From: an uncultured Lachnospiraceae bacterium
Lineage (GTDB): Bacteria > Bacillota > Clostridia > Lachnospirales > Lachnospiraceae
NCBI GenBank assembly: GCA_964390095.1
Contig: CAYMGZ010000004.1
Span: forward strand, 1-25,058
Direction: 5' to 3'
DNA length: 25,058 nucleotides
The notes beneath the pieces are model-generated. The model was not told the DNA's origin and did no database searches. It saw nothing but the letters and a program-made list of their open reading frames with translations. Both the position numbers and the translations under genes were made by a program. Shown here in pieces: positions 1-8,123 of the stretch. Every line of letters begins with the position of its first letter. Position 1 is the stretch's first letter.

Positions 1-433
1 AAAGCTCCCGCTCTCCGGCACGGTGTTGATCTCGGTCAACCGCAAAGACAAGCCGGAAGTCGTGGAAATTGCAGGGCTGTTTCAGGAAGCCGGATTTAAG
101 ATCCTTGCTACCGGCACGACTTACGACCTGATCACGGAAGCGGGCATCCCGGCGGAACGCGTGAAAAAACTGTATGAGGGCCGCCCGAACATCCTTGACC
201 TGATCACCAACGGCGATATCAGCCTGATCATCAACTCGCCGATCGGCAAGGAAAGCGTCCATGATGACAGTTACTTAAGGAAAGCTGCCATCAAGGAAAA
301 AATCCCGTATATGACGACGATCGCGGCGGCAAGGGCGACGGCAAAGGGGATTTTGTACGTGCAAAAGCACGGGGACTGCGAAGTAAAATCTTTACAGCAG
401 CTGCACAGTGAAATCAAGGAAAGCGCCGGTTAA
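1..433 (+). CDS. carB: Carbamoyl-phosphate synthase large subunit, C-terminal MGS-like domain (5' truncated by window edge)
   Basis: Frame is open from position 2: KLPLSGTVLISVNRKDK...GFKILATGTT...VKKLYEGRPNILDLITNGDISLIINSP...DDSYLRKAAIKEKIPYMTT, the typical CarB MGS domain. Confidence 0.93.
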   Translation, partial: KLPLSGTVLISVNRKDKPEVVEIAGLFQEAGFKILATGTTYDLITEAGIPAERVKKLYEGRPNILDLITNGDISLIINSPIGKESVHDDSYLRKAAIKEKIPYMTTIAAARATAKGILYVQKHGDCEVKSLQQLHSEIKESAG

Positions 434-446
434 ACCGGCGCTTTCC
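418..446. terminator. Perfect 13-bp inverted repeat over the overlapping stop codons of convergent carB and araC-family genes; candidate bidirectional terminator
   Basis: GGAAAGCGCCGGT-taa-ACCGGCGCTTTCC. U-tracts are short on both strands. Confidence 0.55.
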
Positions 447-1287
447 CGCGGGCGCTGCCAAAGCTGCACGGATACTTTTTGCGGTATTCTAAGGGTGTCA
501 TGCCCGTGACATCGCGGAACACGCGGTTAAAGGTGCGCTGGCTGTTAAAACCCGCCTCCATCCAGATTTCCGTCAGCGGACGGTCGTCAGACCGAATGGT
601 CTGCATGGCGTATTCCAGGCGGATGCGGTTCAGATACTGCCGGAAATCCATGCGCAGGCTGCTTGAAAACGTATGGGAAAGATAATATTTATTCACATTC
701 AGCTCTTTAGCAAGAAGCTTTAGTGTCAAAGGCTCTTGAAAATGTTCCATCATATAGGCGACAAGCCGGAAAGTAAGATCCATGCTTTCCGGCTTTTTGT
801 TTTTTTCAAGCTGTAAAAGGGGCATGATCTGGGCAAGCAAAAGCTGTATCCATGCCACAGTCAGCGTTTTCCTGTCCTCCGCTTCCTTCCCAAAATCCGT
901 ATTATTTTCCGGAACCAGCGCCGAGAGCCTGTCAAATGCCAGCTTCACATCCGCCAAAAGCATATCGGCACCAAGAAAAGGGTTCAGCGGGCGGTATTTC
1001 TTTATTGCATGCAAAAAAGAGCCGGCCATGGAGTTGTCAAAAATCAGAAGATACGCCGTATTCGCGGCAGGCGAACGGTAACTATGTACCTGCTGCGGGA
1101 AAATAACAGCACAATCTCCGGCAGAAAGCAGCGCCCGCGCGCCGTTGATATTGACTTCCAGCTCGTTTTCCAAAACAAAAATAATTTCCGTGTGGTCATG
1201 GAGATGTTCCGGAAAATCCATATTGCGGGCAACCGCGATCTGAATCATCTTATGACCGATCTGATAAAAGGGATTGGCAGCAGACAT
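430..1287 (-). CDS. AraC family transcriptional regulator (cupin sensor + C-terminal HTH)
   Basis: N-terminal FPEHLHDHTEIIFV cupin motif; C-terminal LTLKLLAKELNVNKYYLSHTF...YLNRIRLEYA...AGFNSQRTFNRVFRDVTGMTPLEYR. Start moved to ATG 1287, which follows GGAGGT (1297-1292). Confidence 0.92.
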   Translation of the reverse strand: MSAANPFYQIGHKMIQIAVARNMDFPEHLHDHTEIIFVLENELEVNINGARALLSAGDCAVIFPQQVHSYRSPAANTAYLLIFDNSMAGSFLHAIKKYRPLNPFLGADMLLADVKLAFDRLSALVPENNTDFGKEAEDRKTLTVAWIQLLLAQIMPLLQLEKNKKPESMDLTFRLVAYMMEHFQEPLTLKLLAKELNVNKYYLSHTFSSSLRMDFRQYLNRIRLEYAMQTIRSDDRPLTEIWMEAGFNSQRTFNRVFRDVTGMTPLEYRKKYPCSFGSARGKAPV

Positions 1288-1356
1288 AAAAACCTCCAAC
1301 ACAGCAATTTTTGGCCAGAAGCCTTTTGGTTATGGCTATCATTATATCGTGGGAAC

Positions 1357-1365
1357 TGCTATAAT
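1357..1365 (+). promoter_or_regulatory. Candidate extended -10 promoter (TGcTATAAT) for the thuA/oxidoreductase pair
   Basis: TGn + perfect TATAAT with a poor -35, in the AT-rich gap between the divergent araC and thuA genes. This pattern fits an activator-dependent promoter. Confidence 0.45.
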
Positions 1366-1542
1366 GCAAGTATCAAATTTGAAACGGAATCCGCGGTGTT
1401 TTTCCGGATTTTTCCGCCGTGCAAAAACACCGTGGCGGCATGGCCATGCAACTTATTTCCGGACGGCACTACACTGGAAAAATTTGATTTCCATGCAGCA
1501 CCACGCGGAAGAAAACTTATTATCAGGAAAGGAGCCACAATT

Positions 1543-2259
1543 ATGGGAAGCAGCAAAAAAGTATTGATTTTCAAAGGCGGATGGGACGGACACGAGCCGG
1601 ACCTGGTAGCGGAACGGTTCGCGGGAATCATGCAAAAAAACGGGTATTCCTGCGAAGTGCACGCCGATCAGGAGGCGTTAAAGGATTTGGATTTTTTGAT
1701 GGGGCTTGATTTGATTATCCCATGCTGGACGATGGGAAGCATCGACGGCACGGCGCGGGATAATATCGTAAAAGCCGTCGCGGCGGGCTGCGGCCTGGCG
1801 GGCTGCCATGGCGGCATGTGCGACGCGTTCCGCGACGATACAGAATGGCAATTTATGACCGGAGGACAGTGGGTGAGCCATCCGGGCGGCGACGGCGTGC
1901 ACTACCAAGTTAATATCTGCAAGGGTTCCAGCCCGATTGTGGAGGGCTTGGAGGATTTTGAGGTTTGCAGCGAGCAGTATTACCTGCACGTAGACCCCGC
2001 AGTGGAGGTGCTGGCCACGACAAGGTTCCCGGTCGTCTCCTACTACCACAGCTCCAACAAGGCGGTAGATATGCCGGTGGCTTGGACGAAATTCTGGGGC
2101 AACGGCAGGGTATTTTACAATTCCCTCGGACACCACGACGACGTGTTTGAAAAATATCCGCAGGCGCAGCTTTTGATGGAAAAGGGGATGCTCTGGGCGG
2201 CACAGGGAAAACAATATGCCATAGAACACGGGCTGACAGCCGAACGGTTTATGCAGTAA
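1543..2259 (+). CDS. ThuA domain protein (class I GATase-like, trehalose-utilisation family)
   Basis: MGSSKKVLIFKGGWDGHEP...GCGLAGCHGGMCDAFR...GGQWVSHPGG...EQYYLHVDP...MPVAWTKFWGNGRVFYNSLGH. RBS AAGGAG precedes ATG 1543; the track's extension to 1009 overlaps araC and is spurious. Confidence 0.88.
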   Translation: MGSSKKVLIFKGGWDGHEPDLVAERFAGIMQKNGYSCEVHADQEALKDLDFLMGLDLIIPCWTMGSIDGTARDNIVKAVAAGCGLAGCHGGMCDAFRDDTEWQFMTGGQWVSHPGGDGVHYQVNICKGSSPIVEGLEDFEVCSEQYYLHVDPAVEVLATTRFPVVSYYHSSNKAVDMPVAWTKFWGNGRVFYNSLGHHDDVFEKYPQAQLLMEKGMLWAAQGKQYAIEHGLTAERFMQ

Positions 2260-2312
2260 ACACGAAAACAAGACGGGCAAAATACTTTTGTTTTGGATGC
2301 GGGGGAATCAAA

Positions 2313-3416
2313 ATGGAAAAAGTGAAAATCGGAATCCTGGGGCTTGGTGCCATCAGCGGGATTTATTTAAAAAATTTGACGGAAGTTTTTCAGGAAGTTG
2401 AGGTGGCGGGCGTATACGACCTGTTTGCTGATAAGGTGGCAGCGGTAACCGGGCAATACAGCACCGCAAAGGGCTATGCTTCCATGGAAGAAATGCTGCA
2501 AGATCCGGAACTGGAAATTATTTTAAATCTCACCAGGCCGCTGGAGCATTATGCGACGACCAAGGCAGCGCTGCTTGCCGGGAAGCATGTTTACAGTGAA
2601 AAGCCACTGGCATCCACCTACGAACAGGGCTGCGAGCTCGTGGCGTTAGCGCGTGAGAAAGGGCTGCTGCTTGGCGGCGCGCCGGATACCTTTTTAGGCG
2701 CGGGAATCCAGACCTGCCGCAAGCTGATCGAAGACGGTTTTATCGGCACGCCGATCGGAGCCGCAGCCCGGATGGTCTGCCACGGCCACGAGAGCTGGCA
2801 CCCTGCCCCGGAATTTTATTATCAGTTCGGCGGCGGCCCGATGATGGATATGGGACCGTATTATCTGACGGCGCTCGTCAACCTGCTCGGCGGCGTAAAA
2901 GAAGTGACCGGGGTGGTCTCGAAAGGCTTTCAGACGAGAACCATCACAAGCCAGCCGCATTACGGGCAGATTATTCCGGTCGAGGTTCCGACCCATGTAA
3001 ACGGAATCCTGAAATTTGCAAACGGCACCGTTGGCACGATAACCACTACATTTGACGTATATGACAATCAGGCCGTTCTGGAAATATACGGGACAAAGGG
3101 AACGCTGCGCGCACCGGACCCGAACGGCTTTGGCGGTCCCATTCAGCTTCTGCGCGCGGAGGACGGAGCGTTCAAGGAAATGCCCCTGTTGTTTGATTAC
3201 CGGGACAACAGCCGCGGGTTGGGCGTTGCGGATATGGCAAAAGCCTTAAGAAGCGGCAGGGAAATGCGGGCGGACTATGGCCAGACGCTGCATGTGTTGG
3301 AAGTGATGGGCGCATTTGAAAAAAGCAGTGAACAAAAAAAGACGCTCCCGCTTGAAACCTCTTACGAGCGGGGAGCCGCCATGCGGAATGATTTGGTTCG
3401 GGGGATTTTGGATTAA
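2313..3416 (+). CDS. Gfo/Idh/MocA family NAD(P)-dependent oxidoreductase
   Basis: Rossmann IGILGLGAIS, GKHVYSEKPLA, GGGPMMDMGPYYL motifs. Confidence 0.93.
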   Translation: MEKVKIGILGLGAISGIYLKNLTEVFQEVEVAGVYDLFADKVAAVTGQYSTAKGYASMEEMLQDPELEIILNLTRPLEHYATTKAALLAGKHVYSEKPLASTYEQGCELVALAREKGLLLGGAPDTFLGAGIQTCRKLIEDGFIGTPIGAAARMVCHGHESWHPAPEFYYQFGGGPMMDMGPYYLTALVNLLGGVKEVTGVVSKGFQTRTITSQPHYGQIIPVEVPTHVNGILKFANGTVGTITTTFDVYDNQAVLEIYGTKGTLRAPDPNGFGGPIQLLRAEDGAFKEMPLLFDYRDNSRGLGVADMAKALRSGREMRADYGQTLHVLEVMGAFEKSSEQKKTLPLETSYERGAAMRNDLVRGILD

Positions 3417-3461
3417 ACCTTTCCTATTTCCAAAATTCTCACCCAGGATAACAGTATAAAA

Positions 3462-3493
3462 CGGACGGGCTGTTGTATTCTACAGCCCGTTCG
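3462..3493. terminator. Candidate bidirectional intrinsic terminator between the oxidoreductase gene and galE
   Basis: ACGGGCTGT-N8-ACAGCCCGT 9-bp stem (3465-3490), extendable with a G-U pair. TTTT follows on the minus strand and TTCTTTTT on the plus strand. It overlaps the galE stop. Confidence 0.65.
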
Positions 3494-4508
3494 GATTCTT
3501 TTTCTGCCAGTTCCACGCGTCACGGCACATATCCACAATATCATACTGCGCCTTAAACCCGAGCTCCCGCTCTGCCTTTGACGGGTCGGAGTAACTGGTC
3601 GCGACATCCCCCGGCCGCCTTTCCCGGACCACATACGGAACCTTTATGCCGTTTGCCTCTTCAAACGCCTTTAACACTTCAAGGACGGAATAACCGCGCC
3701 CCGTGCCAAGGTTGTAAACGGCAAGGCCGCATTTTTTCCCGATCGCCTGCAAGGCCTTCACATGGCCGCATGCCAGGTCAACCACATGGATATAGTCGCG
3801 CACCCCCGTGCCATCCGGTGTGTCATAGTCATCCCCATACACATTCAGTTGTGCGAGCCGCCCGACCGCCACCTGCGTGATGTACGGCATCAGGTTGTTC
3901 GGGATGCCGTTCGGGTTCTCCCCGATCAGCCCGCTCTTATGCGCACCAAGCGGGTTAAAATAGCGTAACAGGACAACATTCCATTCCGTGTCCGCCTTCT
4001 GGGTGTCCATCAAAATCTGCTCCAGCATGCTCTTTGTCCAGCCGTATGGGTTCGTGCACTGCCCCTTCGGGCATTCCTCCGTGACCGGGATCACCGCCGG
4101 GTCGCCGTACACGGATGCCGAGGAGGAAAAGATCATATTTTTGCAGCCATACCGGCCAAGGACATCAAGCAGAACCAAAGTCCCCGTGATGTTATTATCA
4201 TAATATGCGAGCGGAAGCCGGATGGATTCATTCGGGGATTTCAGCCCCGCAAAATGGATACAGCAGTCAAACGCATGCCCACTCCCGTTTGCATACGCCT
4301 CCATCACTTCCGACAAACCCGCCTGATCCCTGATATCCACCTGATAAAACGGCATCCTCTTTCCCACAATCTGCGCAACCCGCTCCAATGACCGGGCACT
4401 GGAATTTGAGAGGTTATCCGCTACCACAACTTCATGCCCGTTCTTAACAAGCTCCACTACAGTGTGGGAACCGATGTACCCCGCCCCACCTGTCACCAAA
4501 ATCTTCAT
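3480..4508 (-). CDS. galE: UDP-glucose 4-epimerase
   Basis: MKILVTGGAGYIGSHT, HFAGLK, FSSSASVYG, YGWTK (YxxxK), LRYFNPLGAH, PNNLMPYITQVAVG, DGTGVRDYIHVVDLA. RBS AGGAG precedes ATG 4508. Confidence 0.96.
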   Translation of the reverse strand: MKILVTGGAGYIGSHTVVELVKNGHEVVVADNLSNSSARSLERVAQIVGKRMPFYQVDIRDQAGLSEVMEAYANGSGHAFDCCIHFAGLKSPNESIRLPLAYYDNNITGTLVLLDVLGRYGCKNMIFSSSASVYGDPAVIPVTEECPKGQCTNPYGWTKSMLEQILMDTQKADTEWNVVLLRYFNPLGAHKSGLIGENPNGIPNNLMPYITQVAVGRLAQLNVYGDDYDTPDGTGVRDYIHVVDLACGHVKALQAIGKKCGLAVYNLGTGRGYSVLEVLKAFEEANGIKVPYVVRERRPGDVATSYSDPSKAERELGFKAQYDIVDMCRDAWNWQKKNPNGL

Positions 4509-4527
4509 CTTAAAAAATCTCCTGTTT

Positions 4528-4896
4528 TTATTCCTGTTCCCGCGACCTATGCTCATATTGCCACAAACTGCGCTTTGTGCAGCTGATCATCTCCTCGATC
4601 ATTGCCACCTGGGCGGTCGTGCAATCCTCCAATTCCCGGTGGATCGTGTCGCGCGATGTGTAACATTGCTCGTCCGCTACACCAATATACCCCAAAAGCA
4701 ACTCGTCCGGCGTTGCGCCAAGCGCATTGGAAATATCCACCAAAAGCTGCATGCTCAGCTTTGTTTTCCCCGTCTCGATATTACTCATGTGGGGAACCGA
4801 AATATCCACGGTCTCCGCCAACTGTTCCTGCGAGAGTTTCCGTTCCTTGCGGAATCTTTTAATCCTTATCCCTACTGCTTTATAATCTATTTCCAT
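4528..4896 (-). CDS. XRE family HTH transcriptional regulator
   Basis: MEIDYKAVGIRIKRFRKERKLSQEQLAETVDISVPHMSNIETGKTKLSMQLLVDISNALGATPDELL. The start codon is uncertain (4896 preferred). Confidence 0.88.
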   Translation of the reverse strand: MEIDYKAVGIRIKRFRKERKLSQEQLAETVDISVPHMSNIETGKTKLSMQLLVDISNALGATPDELLLGYIGVADEQCYTSRDTIHRELEDCTTAQVAMIEEMISCTKRSLWQYEHRSREQE

Positions 4897-5040
4897 ACAC
4901 AATTTCCCTGTCATCCCGGAAAAGCCATCCTCTCCCGGAAATCTTTTCCATTTTATGCACAACCATAATTATGCCGCTTCTGCTAGGTTCCCCCATCCAA
5001 AAGCAATTCGACAAAATATCCGAACATTCGCCATGTGTAT

Positions 5041-5069
5041 AGTATAACAAAATTAAAAGCATAGTGCAA
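5041..5069 (-). promoter_or_regulatory. Candidate sigma-A promoter for XRE-galE
   Basis: Minus strand TTGCAC (5069-5064)-N17-TATACT (5046-5041), with a TG extended -10 motif. Confidence 0.65.
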
Positions 5070-5101
5070 GCAAAATATATTTTCAATCCGTTTTCAAATT
5101 T

Positions 5102-5614
5102 CTAAATCTTCTTCACAACCTCCAACCCCATCACTACGTCCATCTTCCTCCCAAACATCTCCATCTCAATTGTGGCAATCCTCTTATGCCGGTCAATCTT
5201 CTTAATTTTCCCGCCCATATCCTGCATCGGGCCGGACGTAATCACAATCTGGTCCCCTTCGATATAACCTTCCGACATCTTGACCAGATGATGTTCATCC
5301 TCAATCTTCGTCAACATCTCCACTTCTTTTTCCGCCAACGGGATAAATTCCGCCCCGATCCCAAGGATCTTCGTCAACTGCGGAAGGCGTTTCTGTTCAA
5401 AATGAAGTTCCTCAATGTTGTTGGTGACAAAAAATATATATCCGGGGAACATTGGCCGTTCTTCCTTGTGCCATTCTCCGTGGTAGCGCTTCATCCGCTC
5501 GCATTTTGGCGTAAAACAGTCCTTGAGCATCTCTGGGTCAAGCACCCGCTTGCAGGCAACACAAGTTCCATCTTCTTTTCCTGTCATAACCTGGACCGCA
5601 TACCAGTTTTCCAT
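5102..5614 (-). CDS. loaP: LoaP-type NusG paralogue (transcription antiterminator)
   Basis: NGN domain MENWYAVQVMTGKE...ERMKRYHGEW...MFPGYIF; KOW domain EGDQIVITSGPM...GKIKKIDRHKRIATIEMEMFGRK. The basic KIDRHKR stretch is LoaP-like. Confidence 0.85.
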   Translation of the reverse strand: MENWYAVQVMTGKEDGTCVACKRVLDPEMLKDCFTPKCERMKRYHGEWHKEERPMFPGYIFFVTNNIEELHFEQKRLPQLTKILGIGAEFIPLAEKEVEMLTKIEDEHHLVKMSEGYIEGDQIVITSGPMQDMGGKIKKIDRHKRIATIEMEMFGRKMDVVMGLEVVKKI

Positions 5615-5735
5615 AATGCAATGCCTCCCATTTCGCCATCACAGCGCTAAAACCCATGCAGGCCCGCCCGCAAAACTTCCTGATTGTTGATCCGTTGCCT
5701 TGCCAGAACTTACACAACTAAACTGCAACTCCTTT

Positions 5736-5765
5736 ATTATATACTACAAAATTACGATATGTCAA
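5736..5765 (-). promoter_or_regulatory. Consensus sigma-A promoter for loaP, giving a ~115-nt 5' leader
   Basis: Minus strand TTGACA (5765-5760)-N18-TATAAT (5741-5736); both hexamers are perfect. Confidence 0.75.
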
Positions 5766-5785
5766 TGATGTTTTTCTTCCATCCT

Positions 5786-6007
5786 TCACTGCCTCCTTTT
5801 CACATCATCCAACCCAAGCAGGTAATCTGCCGATACATGGTAGAGCTTGCACAGCAGGATTGCTTTTTCCAACGGCAGTGCGTTGCGCCCTGTCTCGTAC
5901 CGGGAGTATACTCTCTGGTCAATCTGTAGGTAGGCGGCCACTTCCTTCTGCCTTAAGTCATTGTCCTCCCTCAGTTCCCTCATAATATTTTTATAATCTT
6001 TCTCCAT
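5786..6007 (-). CDS. Small XRE family HTH protein (73 aa) overlapping the end of the CIS ATPase gene
   Basis: MEKDYKNIMRELREDNDLRQKEVAAYLQIDQRVYSRYETGRNALPLEKAILLCKLYHVSADYLLGL. A GGGGG RBS precedes ATG 6007; 17-nt overlap with the ATPase gene. Confidence 0.88.
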   Translation of the reverse strand: MEKDYKNIMRELREDNDLRQKEVAAYLQIDQRVYSRYETGRNALPLEKAILLCKLYHVSADYLLGLDDVKRRQ

Positions 6008-8018
6008 CGGAATATCCCCCCGTGAATTGTAGCCTTGTTTCATCCTTACCGGCCTCAAGTTCCAAAGCTTCCCGGACAATTTCCCTTGTCATGCGGCCAC
6101 CCCCACCGCACGAGGCAAGCAGCTTTGCCACCTGCGCCGCAGAATAGATCCGGGCAGGGCTTAAACTTGCCGCGCGTGCCAGTTCCGCGTAAGAAAGGCC
6201 GTCTTCCAGCAAAAGCCCCCCGGATAATGCCTTTTCCCACAAAATCTCCCTGCCTTTCTCGTCCGGCATGCGGAAGCGGATGACAAACTGGATCCGCCGG
6301 ACAAACGCATCGTCAAAATGCCCCATCAGGTTGGTTGCAAGCACAAGCACACCGCGGTACTCCTCCATCCTCTGGAGCAGATAGGCGGTGGATACATTGG
6401 CAAAGCGGTCGTGGGAATCCTGGATTCCTGTCCTTTTGGCAAACAGCGCATCCGCCTCATCAAAAAACAGCACGTAAGAACCGCGCTCCGCCGCGCGGAA
6501 AATCGCGTCGATATGTTTCTCCGTCTCCCCGATGTATTTGTCAAAAACCTGTGACAGGTCCACTTTATAAAGCGGGCGGGCAAGCTCCTTTGCAAGGATG
6601 GATGCCGCCATTGTCTTCCCGGTTCCGGAACTCCCGTAAAACAACATCTGCAGCCCCTTTTTGCCCGTCCATGCCTTTGCGAGCCCAAGCACGGTCTTAA
6701 GCTGCTTTCTGCAATCCGGGTCCAATACAATTTCATCAAGCCCCGCGCGTTCCTCCACAAGCCTCCCAAGCCCTATCTCCCCCATCCTGTCAAAAAGGAC
6801 TTCCTCCCACATCTCTTTTTCCCGGAGGGATGCATGCCCCGCAGCCGCCCGGATGCAAAGCGACCGGCAGGCATGGGCAAGTTCCCCGATATTCATATGG
6901 AATCTCCCAAGCAGTTCCTCCTGCCATTCCTGCCGCTCCTCCTGCCGGATCCACGCATCGAGTGCCTCCTTCCGCACCCCTGCCGACAGTGTTTCCGCAA
7001 GGAACAGCTTCATATCCGCGATTTTCTCTGCACACCCGGCTTCTTTTATATCTTCCGTCAAAAAAATAAGCTTCCCTTCCGGAAATTGCTCCGTCATCTT
7101 TATCAGGAACTCCTCCCCGCCCGGCGCGAAAACGGCATTTTCCCCGGACATTTCAAACGCTACCACGGGTGTGAGCAGCCGGTAAAGAAAGCGCAGGGTC
7201 TGCACAGCCTCTCCTCTTTCGCGTTCCCCGTACCCTTGCAGGCGCGAAAGGCGCACAAAGAGCAAATTCCTGCATGCCTCCTCACACGCCCGCTGCAATA
7301 GTGTATGCTTGCCGCTCCCGCGCCCGCCATGCAGCAGGACGGACAAGGGAAGCGGATCTTTCAGATAGCGCACAAGAAGCAAATATTCCTTTCCATGGAG
7401 CGGCAGATACTTTCCGCATGGTTCCATATACGGTAAACACCAGGCTTCTTGCTGCCCGCACCTCTCCCTGGGGTATCCTTCTTTTTCTGCCGCACGCGGT
7501 GTAAATAATGTATACCATTCCTCCTGCGGCACCCTGCCGGTAAGCAAAAAATAAAACGGCGCACGGTTAAGAAGCAGAGGGCGCGTCAAACAGCCCCCCT
7601 CGCCCGTCCCTTCCCGGCACAGGTTTAAGAGGCTGCCCAACGCGCTCTTTGTGTCAAACAGTTCCCCGATCATCTGAAAATCGACCGGCAGCACGGGCGA
7701 GAGCAAATGCAGCGCATACTGCACGCTCGGCCATTTTTCACGGTATTTCTCCCGAAAGCCAAGGCAAAGGCCTTCCTCCACCTCACAGCAGAACGCGAAC
7801 AGCAAAAGCCAGTACCCTGTCCGGTCAAGCCCGAAACATTCCCTGAGGTATCTTGCGGGCAGGAAAATCCGGGAAGCCATCTCTTTCTCCTCCACCCGCT
7901 GGATCTCCCCACAGAAAGCCCCGTCCCCGTTTTCTCCCTTCCACTCCTGCAGCCGCAAAAAAAATTCAATACAATCCCCTATATGCTCCTCTACAAAACG
8001 GTAGCCTTCCCTTTCCAT
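5991..8018 (-). CDS. CIS AAA+ ATPase (Afp15/Pvc15-like)
   Basis: C-terminal AAA: LFYGSSGTGKT, YKVDLSQVFDKYIGETEKH, LFFDEADALFAKRT...DSHDRFAN, YLLQRMEEY, LATN, DDAFVRRI. A degenerate first AAA carries the Walker A LLHGGRGSGKH. Confidence 0.9.
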   Translation of the reverse strand: MEREGYRFVEEHIGDCIEFFLRLQEWKGENGDGAFCGEIQRVEEKEMASRIFLPARYLRECFGLDRTGYWLLLFAFCCEVEEGLCLGFREKYREKWPSVQYALHLLSPVLPVDFQMIGELFDTKSALGSLLNLCREGTGEGGCLTRPLLLNRAPFYFLLTGRVPQEEWYTLFTPRAAEKEGYPRERCGQQEAWCLPYMEPCGKYLPLHGKEYLLLVRYLKDPLPLSVLLHGGRGSGKHTLLQRACEEACRNLLFVRLSRLQGYGERERGEAVQTLRFLYRLLTPVVAFEMSGENAVFAPGGEEFLIKMTEQFPEGKLIFLTEDIKEAGCAEKIADMKLFLAETLSAGVRKEALDAWIRQEERQEWQEELLGRFHMNIGELAHACRSLCIRAAAGHASLREKEMWEEVLFDRMGEIGLGRLVEERAGLDEIVLDPDCRKQLKTVLGLAKAWTGKKGLQMLFYGSSGTGKTMAASILAKELARPLYKVDLSQVFDKYIGETEKHIDAIFRAAERGSYVLFFDEADALFAKRTGIQDSHDRFANVSTAYLLQRMEEYRGVLVLATNLMGHFDDAFVRRIQFVIRFRMPDEKGREILWEKALSGGLLLEDGLSYAELARAASLSPARIYSAAQVAKLLASCGGGGRMTREIVREALELEAGKDETRLQFTGGYSDGERL

Positions 8019-8065
8019 ACGATCCTCTTTCCGACATAACTCCCCAAAATGTATCCTTTATCCCT

Positions 8066-8093
8066 ATTTTATTTCCCAATGAAAAAATGTCTA
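8066..8093 (-). promoter_or_regulatory. Candidate internal sigma-A promoter for the ATPase + XRE genes
   Basis: Minus strand TAGACA (8093-8088)-N16-TAAAAT (8071-8066), in the 105-bp AT-rich gap before the ATPase gene. Confidence 0.45.
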
Positions 8094-8123
8094 TGCCATC
8101 CAAGGAATATTGTTATAAAATTT

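Noticed and set aside
1009-1542. N-terminal extension making a 416-aa ThuA ORF
   Set aside because: It overlaps the araC gene on the opposite strand; the real start has a clear RBS at 1543.
5021-5030. CGAACATTCG palindrome as an SOS (LexA) box
   Set aside because: It does not fit the Firmicutes CGAAC-N4-GTTCG spacing. It could still be part of an XRE operator, but the evidence is too thin.
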